A DNA stretch of 64,000 bases from Moniliella sp. 'wahieum' (lineage: Eukaryota): positions 1,240,001-1,304,000 of the forward strand of contig RSEE01000002.1 in assembly GCA_003971905.1 (NCBI GenBank), in the 5' to 3' direction. How positions within the stretch are numbered: the first letter of the stretch is position 1; every line of letters starts with the position of its first letter. Shown piece by piece: positions 25,316 through 37,392 of this stretch. The notes beneath the pieces are model-generated. The model was given only the letters and a program-made list of their open reading frames with translations. It was not told the origin of the DNA and made no database searches. The translations under genes were made by a program, and so were the position numbers.

Positions 25316-27232
25316 TTACTCGGCCAGGACCTGGAGCCATTGCGTAAAGAGGAACCAAGGCCGCTGGCCGGATCCCATCCTTTGGCCGCCTGGAACACAT
25401 TGTTGGCTTGGGCACCGGGGCAGCCACCGGTCTTGCCAATGGTAATGTCCTTAAACGCCGAGGTGCGATTGTACAGCGTCGGGTTGGCCCACCCGATCCG
25501 CGGCTGACCTTGCTGCTGACGGTGGTTGTTGAGCAACGCAATGTGCGCTGCCGTCATGGGCGCCGCCGCCGAGGTGCCGCCGATCGCCTGGTCTTGACCT
25601 TGGTACACAATGTCCACATTCAATCCAAACGCCGTCGTATCTATCCCGGCCGTCGTTGGTCAGCGGTCTCTCCTTCCATCGCAGAGGTAGGTGGGGGAAG
25701 ATCATCAAACGTACCCGGGAACGCGCGGCCCGTCTTGTTGTACAGCCGGCATTCGCATTGCCAATCGAAGCAAGGTAGGCATCTACTGCCGCAGACTGGT
25801 ACTGCGGCCGGGAAAAGTAGTTGGAAAAGCCAGCGCCCGAACTGAACCCGCCCTGGGCCGAACCATCAACCGCCTCTTCCGGATTGGTATTTTGAGTAGC
25901 ACCAACACTCCACGTATACGGGCACCCTCCCGGCTAGAAACCATGGGTCAATGTTCTGTTACCGTGTTGCGTACCACTGGTTGGGGGGAGGAGGGGGTAG
26001 AGAGATGCAGAAGAGGTAGAGGTACATACAAAGGTAGGGTTGAAGCCCTTGGTGCATTTTAGGCCCTCCTCGCCTGGTTTCCGTCCAGCCCATTGTCTCC
26101 TGACGCAGTGACGACCGTGGTGCCGCGAGCGGTCTGTTTTGGATTCGCCGCACAACGCCTGGGCATCGCCAGGGAGAAGGACGACTCCTCTCGCCATAGG
26201 AGATGGTGATCACCCCGGGCATGCTCGGCAGGATAGGTTTGCAACACATAGGCCAGACTGTCAGCAAAAAGCTGCTGCCCGACGGGTTGCTCGGGCCAAA
26301 AGAGAGAAGGTAGTGTTGAGCGGAGCCGAGATCCGGCCACCATCTCCACGTCCAGCATCGCCTCGGTACCGGGATTGCTTTCGTCGTTGGTGCCCCCCCG
26401 GCGGTGGTAATTGCGATTTGGTACGAGCTCTGGTCCGAACGGTACTGCCCCAGGAACTGGGACAGGTCCGACTTGGAGACGTACTGCCCTACGTAGCCCA
26501 TCACCATCGTGTCCAGCACACCGTCCTTGGGCTTCGGGGTGTAGCTTTGAGAGCCATAGTAGGAGCGGATGCAGGCAATGTCAATGGACGAGTCGTCGCA
26601 CGATCCCCCTTGACCCGATTGCACAGGGGCGTTCAGTCCATCTTGTTGTTGAATGACAAAGTGCGGTTCGGACGCGTTCTTGGGAGGCAACTTGCGGACC
26701 CGGTCGGGCGGGACATAGGCATTGTGGAACGCGGTGAAGGGGGAAACGTTGATCACACTGTTTCCAGCTCGGCCGGGATCTCGTACTGGTCGGTACGCAA
26801 GGCATGTGTGCGCTGGTACGAATGTGGTTGAAATAGGTAAGCTTGGTGTTCCATGCCTTGTTGGCTTGGCCCACCGTGCTCGTCACGGTCCACCGGTCCC
26901 CGAGCTCGTTGGCCACAATATCTTGCTCCTTGACCCCGTGGTGCAGTAGGTGCGCCTTGACTTTCTCTGCCGTCTCGGGACGCGGACCGCACGTACCGTG
27001 CCATTCGGCATCCGTCAGCCACTCGTCGCCCGTCACGGCGATCTGGTGCATGCGCATGTCCAGAGCACGCTGGTTGCCCGGGGTGAGGGTGACAGTGTAG
27101 GTCAACTTTTCCTTGGCTGACGCGGGCTTGAGACGCTCATACGCGTACTCGGGACTGCCCAGGCGAGACGATCAGCGCGGACGACCCGGCAGCGAGGGCA
27201 AGCGCCAGGATGATGGACGAGCGGAACATCAT
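25316..27232 (-). CDS. Secreted sedolisin/tripeptidyl-peptidase (peptidase S53) with pro-domain
   Basis: Signal peptide MMFRSSIILALALAAGSSA, pro-kumamolisin-like region, EAMLDVE (Glu/Asp), ITISYG, ASGDNG oxyanion, GGTSAAAP (catalytic Ser), GWANPTLY, FKDIT.G and GWDPASGLGS. Confidence 0.92.
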
Positions 27233-28204
27233 GATGATCAAGAGTGGAGAGGAGGTGGTACGGGGGGTCGACACTGGCGCCACCTCTCGTTTCCCCCGCC
27301 CTTTTAAGTACAGAACGGAGGCTTGAAGCTTCAAGCTTGAAGCTGGACGCACAGACCACAACCGGATCGCTGTGGCGCTCCCGAGAGGGGCAGCGATCTA
27401 AGAGTGGCCGTGCGCCACATCGACGCGATGCCCTCGCCGCGAACAACAGGGGCGAGAAGGAGAGCCACCCTGCAGCCTACTGCACCCCGCCACCACCTTG
27501 TCCGGTCAGAACCCAGCTCCTCGCAGGCTTCCTGGACAAACACGTTCGTTCTGGCCTGTACGGAGTGCCCCTGCTCCATGGGGTCTTCAGGGGGACTCTA
27601 GAGTCATGTATGATATCTGTGCTCAGTCGGAGTACTCGGCGCGCTCAGCCATTCAATATTCAGTCAATCGCCACCAGCTCCACTTCGGCAGCCGGGGCAG
27701 TGCCCTTCTGCGTCGAAGCTATTTCGCCCCGTGCCCAGCCCGCCACTCGCTCCATGCGTCCAGGCCAGTCTGTCGGCGTCTTCTGGAACTGAGCGCTAAC
27801 ACAAAAAGGAGGCCACAATGTTCAGCTGAACGTTATACTGCAGTGACTATGTGACTATAGTGATGTATGGATGAGCAACGTGTAACATGTAACGTACTTG
27901 ACGAAGATGGCGCTTGGACCATCTCACACAGCACTGCTCTTGGGCACGTTTGGATGAGCCCGTGCCCTTCTGTAGCACTTCCGATGACTGCTCGGCATAG
28001 CAGGCAATAGCGCGCTCCTCGATCTCCGCCGTCGGCTGGAGCAGGCAGGCACCAACGGTTAAGCTTTCGAGGGGCGCACCAACGTATACGTGGTGGACGA
28101 CTGCCAGCAGGGCTTCTTCCTGGCGATGTCACAGCACAGGTTAATCGTCTGCTTTTCCTCTCGGTGCGCAGCCGTGTGCCCTCGGCGCAATTCCCCCCAG
28201 TGGG

Positions 28205-28266
28205 GTTACCAGTTACCAGTTACCGTTACGCGTTATCGATTCCCGATTATCGATTATCGATTATCG
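28205..28266. repeat. Short tandem repeats: GTTACC(A) three times and four TTATCG (=CGATAA) units
   Basis: gttaccagttaccagttaccgttac, then TTATCG at 28233, 28247, 28254 and 28261. Confidence 0.85.
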
Positions 28267-29559
28267 GTGGGCGGTATGTAGGTCCACAATAATGCTGTTG
28301 TGCCGACAGGAGGCTTACTCTCTCCCGGCACCACCGAGAGCACAGCCCGCCGCACGGGCCTCCTCGTTGCATGCTCCGTCTCACAGCATTTCTCTTGGAC
28401 CCAACTGCCTCGCACGCTCGCAGGCGCCAGCGTACCTCGGCCCCATTGTTCCACAATATCCGCCCCCTCAGTGCAAGAGATCTATGCCCTGTCCTGTTGT
28501 ATTGGAAAACAACACTGCCCGCGGGACACGCGCCACCTCACAAACCTGGTCGCGAGTGCAAGCTTCGCGCTGGAAGCGTTTGGGGGGCTGAGATCTGGAG
28601 GCTGGGAATCTGAATCGGAGAGAGCTGCAAGGTTGAGGCCTGAGGCTAGCTTCAACTCACAATCGTCCCATCTTGGTGTTGGGGTCCGGTGGGCAGGGCA
28701 TTCTCGATCTCGTCGTCCATACGCAAGAAGTGCATGATCTGCATGATCGATCCGGTCGTGGCGCGTGGGACGTGGAGGCGATGTAGTGTGATGTTCTGGT
28801 TAGCTGGCTTAAGCTTTACGAGCTAAGGCTTGGGCCTTTAGGCTTCGGAGTTGGCGTCGTGGGCCGGTCGCACAGCGCCACTTGGCGCCACGTTCAGCCC
28901 CGGCCCAGCGCGCGCAGTCCCCGTTTGCCCTCTCCTTTCTGGGCTCGCTTGGCTTGTTTCTGGCTGAGGCGCTGAGTTCACCGTCACCACCACCACCCTC
29001 TTCGTTCTACTCGTACCCTCGTCCCCCTTACCAGCCGCCTTGGCTCTCTATAGAATCGAAACGGCGCGTTGACAGTGCTCTAGATCTCCCCGCCAAACAA
29101 TCCCATGCATGGCTCGAGAGGCAGGGCGACTCTGCAATCCAATTCCTCACCGCCTGGGCAGTTTTCTTACGCCCGCTTTGGCTCCCGTTGGCAACAGCAG
29201 ACTAGAGCACACGCGGGATAGGCCAGGCCAAGCTTAGCAATCTGAGTTAGGATGCTTCTTGAAGCTCGAGGCCAGACCGAGAGGCCTCACACCTCACATC
29301 TCACTTACTCTCCTCACATCTCTCACGCCTCAGGTCGCAAAGTCCCAAGTTTCAAGATGCCAAGGGCACTCCAGGCGGGATGCGTGCACCGCACCGTCAC
29401 AGGAACCATGCATGTTTTTCCCAACCCACCAAACGAGTGACTCGCCATCATGGGGTGCAGGGGGTAGGCGTTGCCCGGGTCAGTTTGGCTTGCGCAGCGG
29501 GAATGAGATCATTGGGGCCGATAAAGAGAGCGAGGGAGAAGGGTGGATTGGGTCGAGCG

Positions 29560-30862
29560 AACGCAGTGCATGTCCCTGCGCTGCCTCGGCCGCCTGCGCC
29601 ACGGAGCGACTTGGTCCTGTCGGACCGCCGGGCGGGGGGCGTGGTGCCTTGTCTCTCGCCTCTGGCGCAGCGCTTGAACCGGGCGCGTGCGCAGGAGCAG
29701 TTGGGCATTGGGCTTGGGCGTGCCGGTGTGGGCTCGGTCAAAGGGCGTGCCAGGGTGGGCAAGTGCGCGCGGTGATGCGCGTCGGGCTCGACCCGCGCAG
29801 AAAGAAAGCTAATGTGGAACGGTTGTTGAGTTGGTACAGCTCGGTAGGGAACGTCAGCAGCGATGCCAAGCTGGCCTGGACTTGGTGGACAGCACCATCA
29901 GTTCCTGTTGCGCCTGCTCGGCAACTTGGGCAGCCAGGTACGCATTCGTTTGCCACGCACTCAAAAACGTACCAAACCCGGCCAGCTGAATCTCAGGCGC
30001 CGACCAGCTTGCTGCCAGCTGAGCCACCACAGCCGGAAGCTCCGCCGCCTCGGGCTTGTACAGTGGGAAGGGTTTGAGGAGCGAAATGTGGTACTGCTGC
30101 TGCTGCAGCCAGTACGAGGTAGGCACCCAGGACGCCTGCCACTCCGCTCGCTTCCGTCACGCGCGCCCGCTCGCTAAAGACCCGTTCTAGCTCCGGCTGC
30201 GCATCAAACACGAGCGCGAGGAAGCCCCGCGTGAGCTTTTGCGGGACAGGCGCCCGGGTGGAGATGAGGGGCCGCAGGGAATAGTAGGGAGCAAAGTCCA
30301 CCGGGGTGGGAACAGGCGGAGACTGGGGCTGAGCCTGGGGCTGAGCCTGGGCTGAGGGGCTGGGGCTCGAGGGCAGAAGCCGGGGCGGAAAAGGCGGTCG
30401 ATTGGAGTGGACCGACGCAAGCAGCTCCTCTTGGAACGCACGCGTAGCCGCACTGCCGTCTCTCGTGGGGGGTGGAGCGCAAGACGCTGCAAGGCGCGGT
30501 CGAGGGCGTCGCGTGGGGGCGGCGTGTGCGCCAAGGGCTGGGCTGGGGGGCGGCAGCGCGCGCTGCGAGCGCTGGGACGCAGCAAGGGCATTGGCTAGGT
30601 TGGGATGGTCGTAGGTGTACGGAGCGGGCGAGCTGTTCCGTACCCGGTCGCGCCACTTGGGGCCGAGGTGTGGGGCCAGGTGGCGTGGTAGGGCGCGAGG
30701 TGGCCGCCGGGCAGCGCGTGTGCCGCATACACCTCGTGCGCGGGGCGGTGCGCGCGGCGGCGGTGGGGCGCCGGGCGGCGAGCGCGAGGGCGGACGCGAG
30801 GGGAGCGCCGGGGTGCGCTGGGGCGTGGCCGCGGCGAGGGCGCGGAGGCGGAGAGCGGGCAT
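29560..30862 (-). CDS. 2H phosphoesterase, probably the U6 snRNA phosphodiesterase Usb1/Mpn1
   Basis: Two HxS motifs in different frames: YHISLLKPFPL (His codon 30088-30090) and PFHISFL (His codon 29814-29816). The intervening YLAAQV...EL..L and LY segments resemble the HVSL family. Boundaries are uncertain. Confidence 0.6.
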
Positions 30863-31090
30863 TGCGTGCAGGCTGCCTGCTCTCCTCGACGGGCGGGCGA
30901 GGGTGAGGTGAGGTGAGGGGAGGTGAGAAGGAGAGCGCCTGGGACTCTTATTGCACCGCAGCAGACGCCACTGCGGAACCACCCGCCGCCCATTCCGCCC
31001 TCGATTTTTTGGCTCGGTCCGCCACGCTTCTTCTGGCCGCCGACTCGCCCCGCCCAAACAACCCAACCCCCCGCCCATGCCCTCCACCAC

Positions 31091-32555
31091 ATGTGGGGCA
31101 GTCTGGCGTGCGTCCGCGCCGTGCGGCCGGCGCTTTCCCACGCCACGCCACCCTCCGCCCCGCGCTGGCCACCGATGCGCCCCGCATCTCGCGCCGCTGC
31201 GCCCGCGCCTTCTCCACCTCGCCCCCCGGGCCATGGCGAACCATTACGCGACGCTGGGCGTCGACAGGTTGGCCGATGCCAGTGCCATCAAGGGCGCCTA
31301 CTACAAACTAGCCAAGACGTACCATCCCGATGTCAACAAGTCAAAGGGGGCCTCGGACAAATTCCTCGCGATCCAAACCGCCTATGCGACCCTGTCGGAC
31401 GATACCAAGCGCCGAGCGTATGACCAGCAACATAGCGCTTTTGCCTCCTCTTCTTCTTCCCGCCCAACCTATGGGAGTCGATCGGGTCCATCTCGAGCAG
31501 CGGGGTACTACGATCCCTTTGCCACCTACGGGGGCGCCGATTACCGCACGACGTACACCTACGAAGACTTTAAACGTGCGGCCCAGGGCGGAGGGCCCAA
31601 CGCGAATGGCTTCTTCACCGGCGGGTACGAGGAATGGGAGGACCTGTTCGACGAGGATGATTTGCCGCCTGGGTGGGATCCTTGGGACGACCTCGGCGGA
31701 TCGCAAGATACCCGCGGCCGGACTGGGTTTACCTCCTTTTATGGCTGGGACAACTTGGGCGATTTGGAAACGAATGCGACGCGCGGAGAAGACTTTGATG
31801 AGTTCCTCTCCCGCCTCGCCACCAAGGCCGGCCGCGACCCACGCAACGAGTCGGGCGCCTTTTCGCCCGACATGCGCAACGACAAGCGCCGCAGCCGGCA
31901 ACAAAAGTCCAAGAAAGCCAAGGCGTACGAATACGCGTTTGGGGTCAAGTTTGACGAGACGGGCCGTGCGCGGTATACGCCTCCGCCGCTGCGCGGTGCC
32001 GAGGCGGTGGCGGCCAAGGCGGCAGAGGAGCAGCGCGCGCGGCGCGCCAAGGAGCACGCGAAGCGGGGCAAGCGAGAGGGCGCGACGGGCGGCGCGGGGA
32101 GCAAGGTCAAGTACGACGCGAGCGTCACCGTGTCGCAAAAAGCGGCCAAGTCGGGCGTGGTGCTGAACCGGGTGCCGTTGTCGCCCCGGGCTCGGTGGGG
32201 GACGAGTGTGCGGTGTGCGAGGGCACCGGCCAGTTCCTGCCGCGTGTGCGGACGTCCAAGTGCCGGCAGTGCCGCGGCAAGGGTTTGTGACGATGCGCGG
32301 GCTGAGCGGGCAGAAGCAGCGGTGCAACTGCGCGTCGTGCGGCGGGACGGGGTACTTTGCCAAGACGACGCCGCCGATCGAGTGCGAGGCGTGCGACGGC
32401 ACGGGCGTGGCGGATGGCCAGGAGGGCCAGGACGGGATTACGATCCGGTGCGCGTGCCGCCACGAACGAAGGACCAGGACATCCTGCGCGTGCCGATTGG
32501 CAAGCGCGCCACGGCGTTGGCGCGCGTGATGGTGCGCGTGGCGCCGGCGGCGTAG
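31091..32555 (+). CDS. DnaJ/Hsp40 co-chaperone with J domain, G/F-rich region and zinc finger, probably mitochondrial
   Basis: NHYATLGV...IKGAYYKLAKTYHPDVNK...KF..IQTAY.TLSD...RRAYD. Four CxxCxGxG repeats (CAVCEGTG, CRQCRGKG, CASCGGTG, CEACDGTG) in shifted frames at about 32208-32406. The N-terminus resembles a presequence. Confidence 0.88.
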
Positions 32556-32834
32556 GCATCGACTCTACATTCTTTTCACTGCTTGCGAGCACGCGGGGGG
32601 GGAGGGGAGCATGTGTCCGTAGTCGAGCGTGGTAGTAGGAGTGGGTGTTGCAAAGCAGGGTCAGAAGCGCGGTTATCTCCGGGGGCGGGCGCGGGGCAGG
32701 GGGGCGGTGTGGCGGCAGCGCAGCAACCGGGGTGGTTAGTCCCGCACCGGGAGGGCCATCGGTTAGGAGCCCACTCGATTGATTCGTTGATTGATAGCCC
32801 GAAAGGCCCCTCCCACCACCTTCTCGCCCCCGCC

Positions 32835-34157
32835 ATGACACTCGCTTTCCACGCGCCTCTGCGCCCTGCGCTGCCTCTGTCCTTGGGCGGACGCACCCGC
32901 TCTGCTCCCCTCGCCCCCCCGTCCACTCGTCGCTTGCCTGCCCGTCCGCGCATCATCATCGCCCTCGCCATCATCATCCCCATCGCCATCCCCATCGCCA
33001 TCGCCATCGCCAGCCACCCCACCCCACCCCCACGCATGTCCTTTGCCTCCACCGCCATCAAGAGGCACAACCCTCTCTCCCCCTCCCCACGGCCCCCGCC
33101 CCCGCCCCGAGACGCCTTGGCTGCCCCCCACCAGCCTGTTTCCATCTCCGCCTCCATGCCCATACCCATACCCAGCTCCACTCCCCCCCGCCCCCTCCTC
33201 GAGCCAGCTGACGATCTGCTGGAGCAGCCTCATCCCCCGATCGCCTCGGCTTCCTTCCGTGCTGAGCCCATGCCCTCGCCAGGATCTACCTCGCTCCCCC
33301 CTCTGGTCTCAGCCCACAGAGCTGCCCGCCTCAACGGTGCAGCGCGAGATGCATGCGTATTTTGTCCGCTGTTCGCCACTGTTCTTTACCCGATTCTTGC
33401 GTTTCCTCCGTCTGATGACCACACGCTTCTTACCACGTATTCTGCCGTGGGAGGGCCAAGAGGCCGCGTCGCTGCGGGCGGTACGGGCACTGCAAGTACG
33501 CGCGCACGCGGCCGAGACGATTACGCATGTATTATCGCGCCATGCCCTGCCCCCCACTGCGGGCAGGGGCGCTGCGCTGGCTGCTCTAGCCGCAGTACGT
33601 GCCCGGCCAAGCCAAGTCGATGGCCCTACTGTCCTCACCGCTGCGCAGGCCTTTACCGAGGAACGCGTCCTGCTCTCCCTCCCGCGCACTGCTCTCCTCG
33701 CCCTCGCTCAGTTTCTCTCCCTCGCCTCTACCGGCAGCCTCTCCCTTACCTCGGCGGCAGATACGGCGGCGTCGCTGGGCTGAGTTTGGACGGATACCTG
33801 CGCTTCCTGGTGCGCCGGCACGTGTCGACGCTGCAGCGGGACGACCTGGTGCTGCACTTGACCTCGCTTCCCAGGCGCAAGGGCGACGTGCGCGCGGCGG
33901 CCAAGGAGAGGGGGCTGGACCTGCTGCTGCTGATGGGCAGTCGGGATGCACGCCTACGTGCGGCGCTGGCGGAATGGGTCGAGCTGCATGTGGAGCAGCG
34001 GATGGCGCCGACGCTGCTCGTGCTCGCTCTCGCCGTCGCGTCGGCGCGGGGGCCGCAGGTGGCGCCGGCGCACCTCACGGGGTTTGCCGCGCACCTGCAC
34101 ACGCTGCTTGTGCACACGCCGGGCGGGCTGGACGCGCCGCCGCCGCGGCTGTTCTGA
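32835..34157 (+). CDS. Protein with a divergent LETM1/Mdm38-like ribosome-binding domain
   Basis: YLRFLVRRHVSTLQRDD...VRAAAKERGL...RLRAALAEWVELH...PTLLVL follows the LETM1 RBD pattern LR..L..DD...AC..RG....L..W+.L....P..LL. The start is uncertain (32835 or 33036). Confidence 0.6.
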   Translation: MTLAFHAPLRPALPLSLGGRTRSAPLAPPSTRRLPARPRIIIALAIIIPIAIPIAIAIASHPTPPPRMSFASTAIKRHNPLSPSPRPPPPPRDALAAPHQPVSISASMPIPIPSSTPPRPLLEPADDLLEQPHPPIASASFRAEPMPSPGSTSLPPLVSAHRAARLNGAARDACVFCPLFATVLYPILAFPPSDDHTLLTTYSAVGGPRGRVAAGGTGTASTRARGRDDYACIIAPCPAPHCGQGRCAGCSSRSTCPAKPSRWPYCPHRCAGLYRGTRPALPPAHCSPRPRSVSLPRLYRQPLPYLGGRYGGVAGLSLDGYLRFLVRRHVSTLQRDDLVLHLTSLPRRKGDVRAAAKERGLDLLLLMGSRDARLRAALAEWVELHVEQRMAPTLLVLALAVASARGPQVAPAHLTGFAAHLHTLLVHTPGGLDAPPPRLF

Positions 34158-34484
34158 GCCTGGGGGGGAATGTTGCTTCGATCCCATCCATCGTCATGTA
34201 GACGCACCGGCTTGGTTGCTCGCCCACATAATAGCAGCGGGAATAAGGCCAGCGTAGCTTAGCTCAGCAGCCGCCCGCGTGGCAAGCGGGGCGGCCGTCT
34301 ACGACGAGAACTCCACCCACGCGTTTCGCTTCCCCGCCGCGCCCACACCTCGGCCTCCGCCTCCGCCGTCGCCTCCGCCGCCGCCCGCCGCCGCCGCGCC
34401 ACCCTGCCCGCTCCGCCTCGTCTCCGGCCGACGCCCCCTGCCCCTCTGTCGCTCTCGCTCTCGCTGCCCTGCGGTGTGTCGAGC

Positions 34485-36759
34485 ATGTCCGTGTCTGCGT
34501 CTGCCGCCCCCCCGCCGCGGCCACTGTGCTGTTTAGTCTCGACGACGAGCCCGACGCGCCACAGACCCAGCCTCCGCGCTCCCCCGCCCCGCCGCAGACC
34601 CAGCCTCCAGGCCTTCCCGCGCCGCCGCTTGGCTCGGAGGATGCCTGGACGCTCCCGCCGTCTGCCTCCCCCCACCCCCCCTCCGACAGGCAGGATGCGC
34701 TGCCTGCGTCCGTCCCTTCCTCTCGTTTTGGCCTCGGCCTCAAGTCCACCCTCTCCAGCCGCGAGGCTCACTTTGACGCCGACCCCGACGATCTGGACCC
34801 GGACGATGTGCGCGACCTGACTCCTTCCCCGCCAGTGCCCACCGAAGCGCGCGACGAGGCAAGCTTGGAGCAGGACCCTGTGCGGGGCACGCCCGAACGA
34901 TCCCGCGTGCCTGGCCATCGCGGTGCTGCCGCCACACGTAACAGCACCACGTCGGCCATTGATATTCCTCTGCTGCTCAACGAGGGCCTTGCCCGCGTGC
35001 AGGAGCAGATGCCCGTTCCCGACTGGCTCCGCCGTGGCGCCGGCACATTTGACGGCACCGTCAACATGGCCAACTCGATTTTGGGGGCTGGGATTGTAGG
35101 CTTGCCGTACAGCATGCGCGAGTCGGGGTTTGTGGCGGGGTGGTGCTGCTGGTGGGGCTGAGCTTTTTGACCGACTGGACGATCCGGTTGATTGTGTTGA
35201 ACGCCAAACTGTCGGGACGACGAACGTACATTGAGATTATGCAGCATTGCTTTGGTCCCCGTGGCTCGGCGGCCGTGTCGCTGTTCCAGTTTGCGTTTGC
35301 GTTTGGGGGCATGTGCGCGTTTTGCGTCGTGATTGGCGACACGATCCCGGCCGTGTTGGGAGCCATTTCGCGTTCGGCCGCCGACGGCGCATGGTGGGCG
35401 AACGGGGCTTTGTGATTTCGTTTTGCACGTTGGTCATCTCCTTCCCCCTTTCGCTCTATCGCAACATCGAGTCGCTTTCCAAGCGTCGGCGATTGCGCTC
35501 GTGTCAATGGTAGTGATCATTGCGTCGGTTGTGATTCGGGGCCCGATGATGCCGGCCGAACTCAAGGGCGACCCTTCGTTGCGCTTTACGGTGGTGTACC
35601 CCACCAAACTGATCCGCTCCATTGCGGTGATTAGCTTTGCGTTTGTGTGCCATCACAACTCGTTGCTCATCTATGGCAGCTTGAAGGAACCTTCGATGGA
35701 CAAGTTTGGCAAGGTAACCCATTACTCCACCTTGATTGCCGGCGTGGCAGCTACGACCATGTCGGTGGCTGGGTACTGGTCGTTTGAAGAAAAAACGCTG
35801 GCCAACGTACTCAACAACTTTCCTGCCGACGATACGTTGGTGAATGTGGCGCGCTTCCTATTTGGCGTCAACATGTTCACCACCTTCCCGCTCGAATGTT
35901 TTGTCTGTCGCGAAGTACTCGAAACGTACTTTTGGCCAGACGAGACGGCGGCCCTGGCCGCATCGGCGGACCAGGGCGGGGAGGAAACGTACGATCGAAA
36001 ACGACACTACATCCTCACCTCGGCCCTCGTCGTTAGCAGCCTCATCATTTCCCTCCTCACCTGCGACTTGGGCATTGTGCTCGAACTCACAGGCGGCCTG
36101 TCGGCCACCGCACTCGCCTACATTTTCCCCTCGGCCTGTTTCCTCAAGTTGAGCCACGACGCCTCGTCCCGCACCCGTACCCGCCCCGCCCACCACGCCC
36201 TTCCCCTGCCGCGCACGCCGACGGCGACGACGACAACGACGACGACAACGACGAACACTTGCCGCTCTACCCCGGCCCGTCCGGATCGAGGAACGGGTAC
36301 CACCCCATGGCCAGCGACGATCCCCGCCGACGCTCCAATTCGCTCGAGCACGTCGAACGCAGCCTGGGCCCAGCACAGGCTCCCGCACCCGACGACGCAT
36401 CCCAAGTCGACCCGAACGAAATCGAGTTGCCTCTCAAACCGGGCGCGGCGTACCACGTACCGGACGTCGACCCTGCTCCCTTAGCGCCGGCCGGCTCGGT
36501 GCCTGAGCCACTGCCTGAGGCCGAGTCGCTGCCGCTGCCGGTCCAACAAGAGCGCCGGGCTACCGCTGCGGTGGGCATCGGATCGGGCGGGGAACGTGTG
36601 CTGCCTCCCCGCGCCCGCCCACGGCCAACCTGGACCCACACCAAGTTGACCGCCGTCGCCACCGCCCTCTTTGGCGTCGTCGTCCTCGCTGTGTCGGTCG
36701 CCACGGCCGTGTCGGACTTGGTCCGCGGCCGCTCGGGCGAACGTCACACACGTGCTAGA
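34485..36759 (+). CDS. AVT2: Aa_trans (SLC38/AAAP) vacuolar amino-acid transporter, Avt2-like
   Basis: NMANSILGAGIVGLPYS, LTDWTIRLIVLNAKLSG, AFGGMCAFCVVIGDTIP, PLSLYRNI..LS, VISFAFVCHHNSLLIYGSL, PLECFVCREV and CDLGIVLELTG...ATALAYIFP. Confidence 0.9.
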
Positions 36760-37392
36760 TCCTCCTCCCGCTCGGCTGGGTTGGACTGGGTTGGGCTTGT
36801 GCCTGGTCGGGGGGGGCACGAAAACGGTAGGTTGGGTTCGGGTCGGTTGGGGTTGTGGGCCTGTCTGGAGGCGCGGGATGGAGGGTCTTTTTCCTTCCTC
36901 CTCCCTTCTTCCATCATGTATACTCCATCTGCCATCGTCCCTCTTCCCCCTTGCCCCCTCCCCTTTGCACCTCACCAAGGCGTTGGAGGGACAAGGATAG
37001 ACAGGGAGCAGCCTCGGATGCAGATCAGCACATCGCCGCCGTTGCACGCACTATACTAGCCCTCCTAATAGCACTTGCTAGCTAGCCCTCCTACTTTGAT
37101 CCTGCTGGTAGCGCTGCGAGTGGCGTGGCGTGGTAGTTGCAGGTAGTTGCATGATTCGTGATTCCCATCATCCATTCTTTTGCCCGCCGACGCCAATCTC
37201 GATCAGAACCAGGCCGGATGCAGCGGCAGACGAGTGTGCTGCCTCGCCGGCCGCTGCGCTGGCCCTATTTTGCAAGTGGTTCGTATTCCTGTAGTGGTTT
37301 GTCCTTGTCCAGGGTCCAGGCCGTCTTCGTGCTCTCGTAGGCCGCGGCGAGGGTCGCGCTCGCCACCGTCACTCGCGCGCTCCTCTGGCCTG

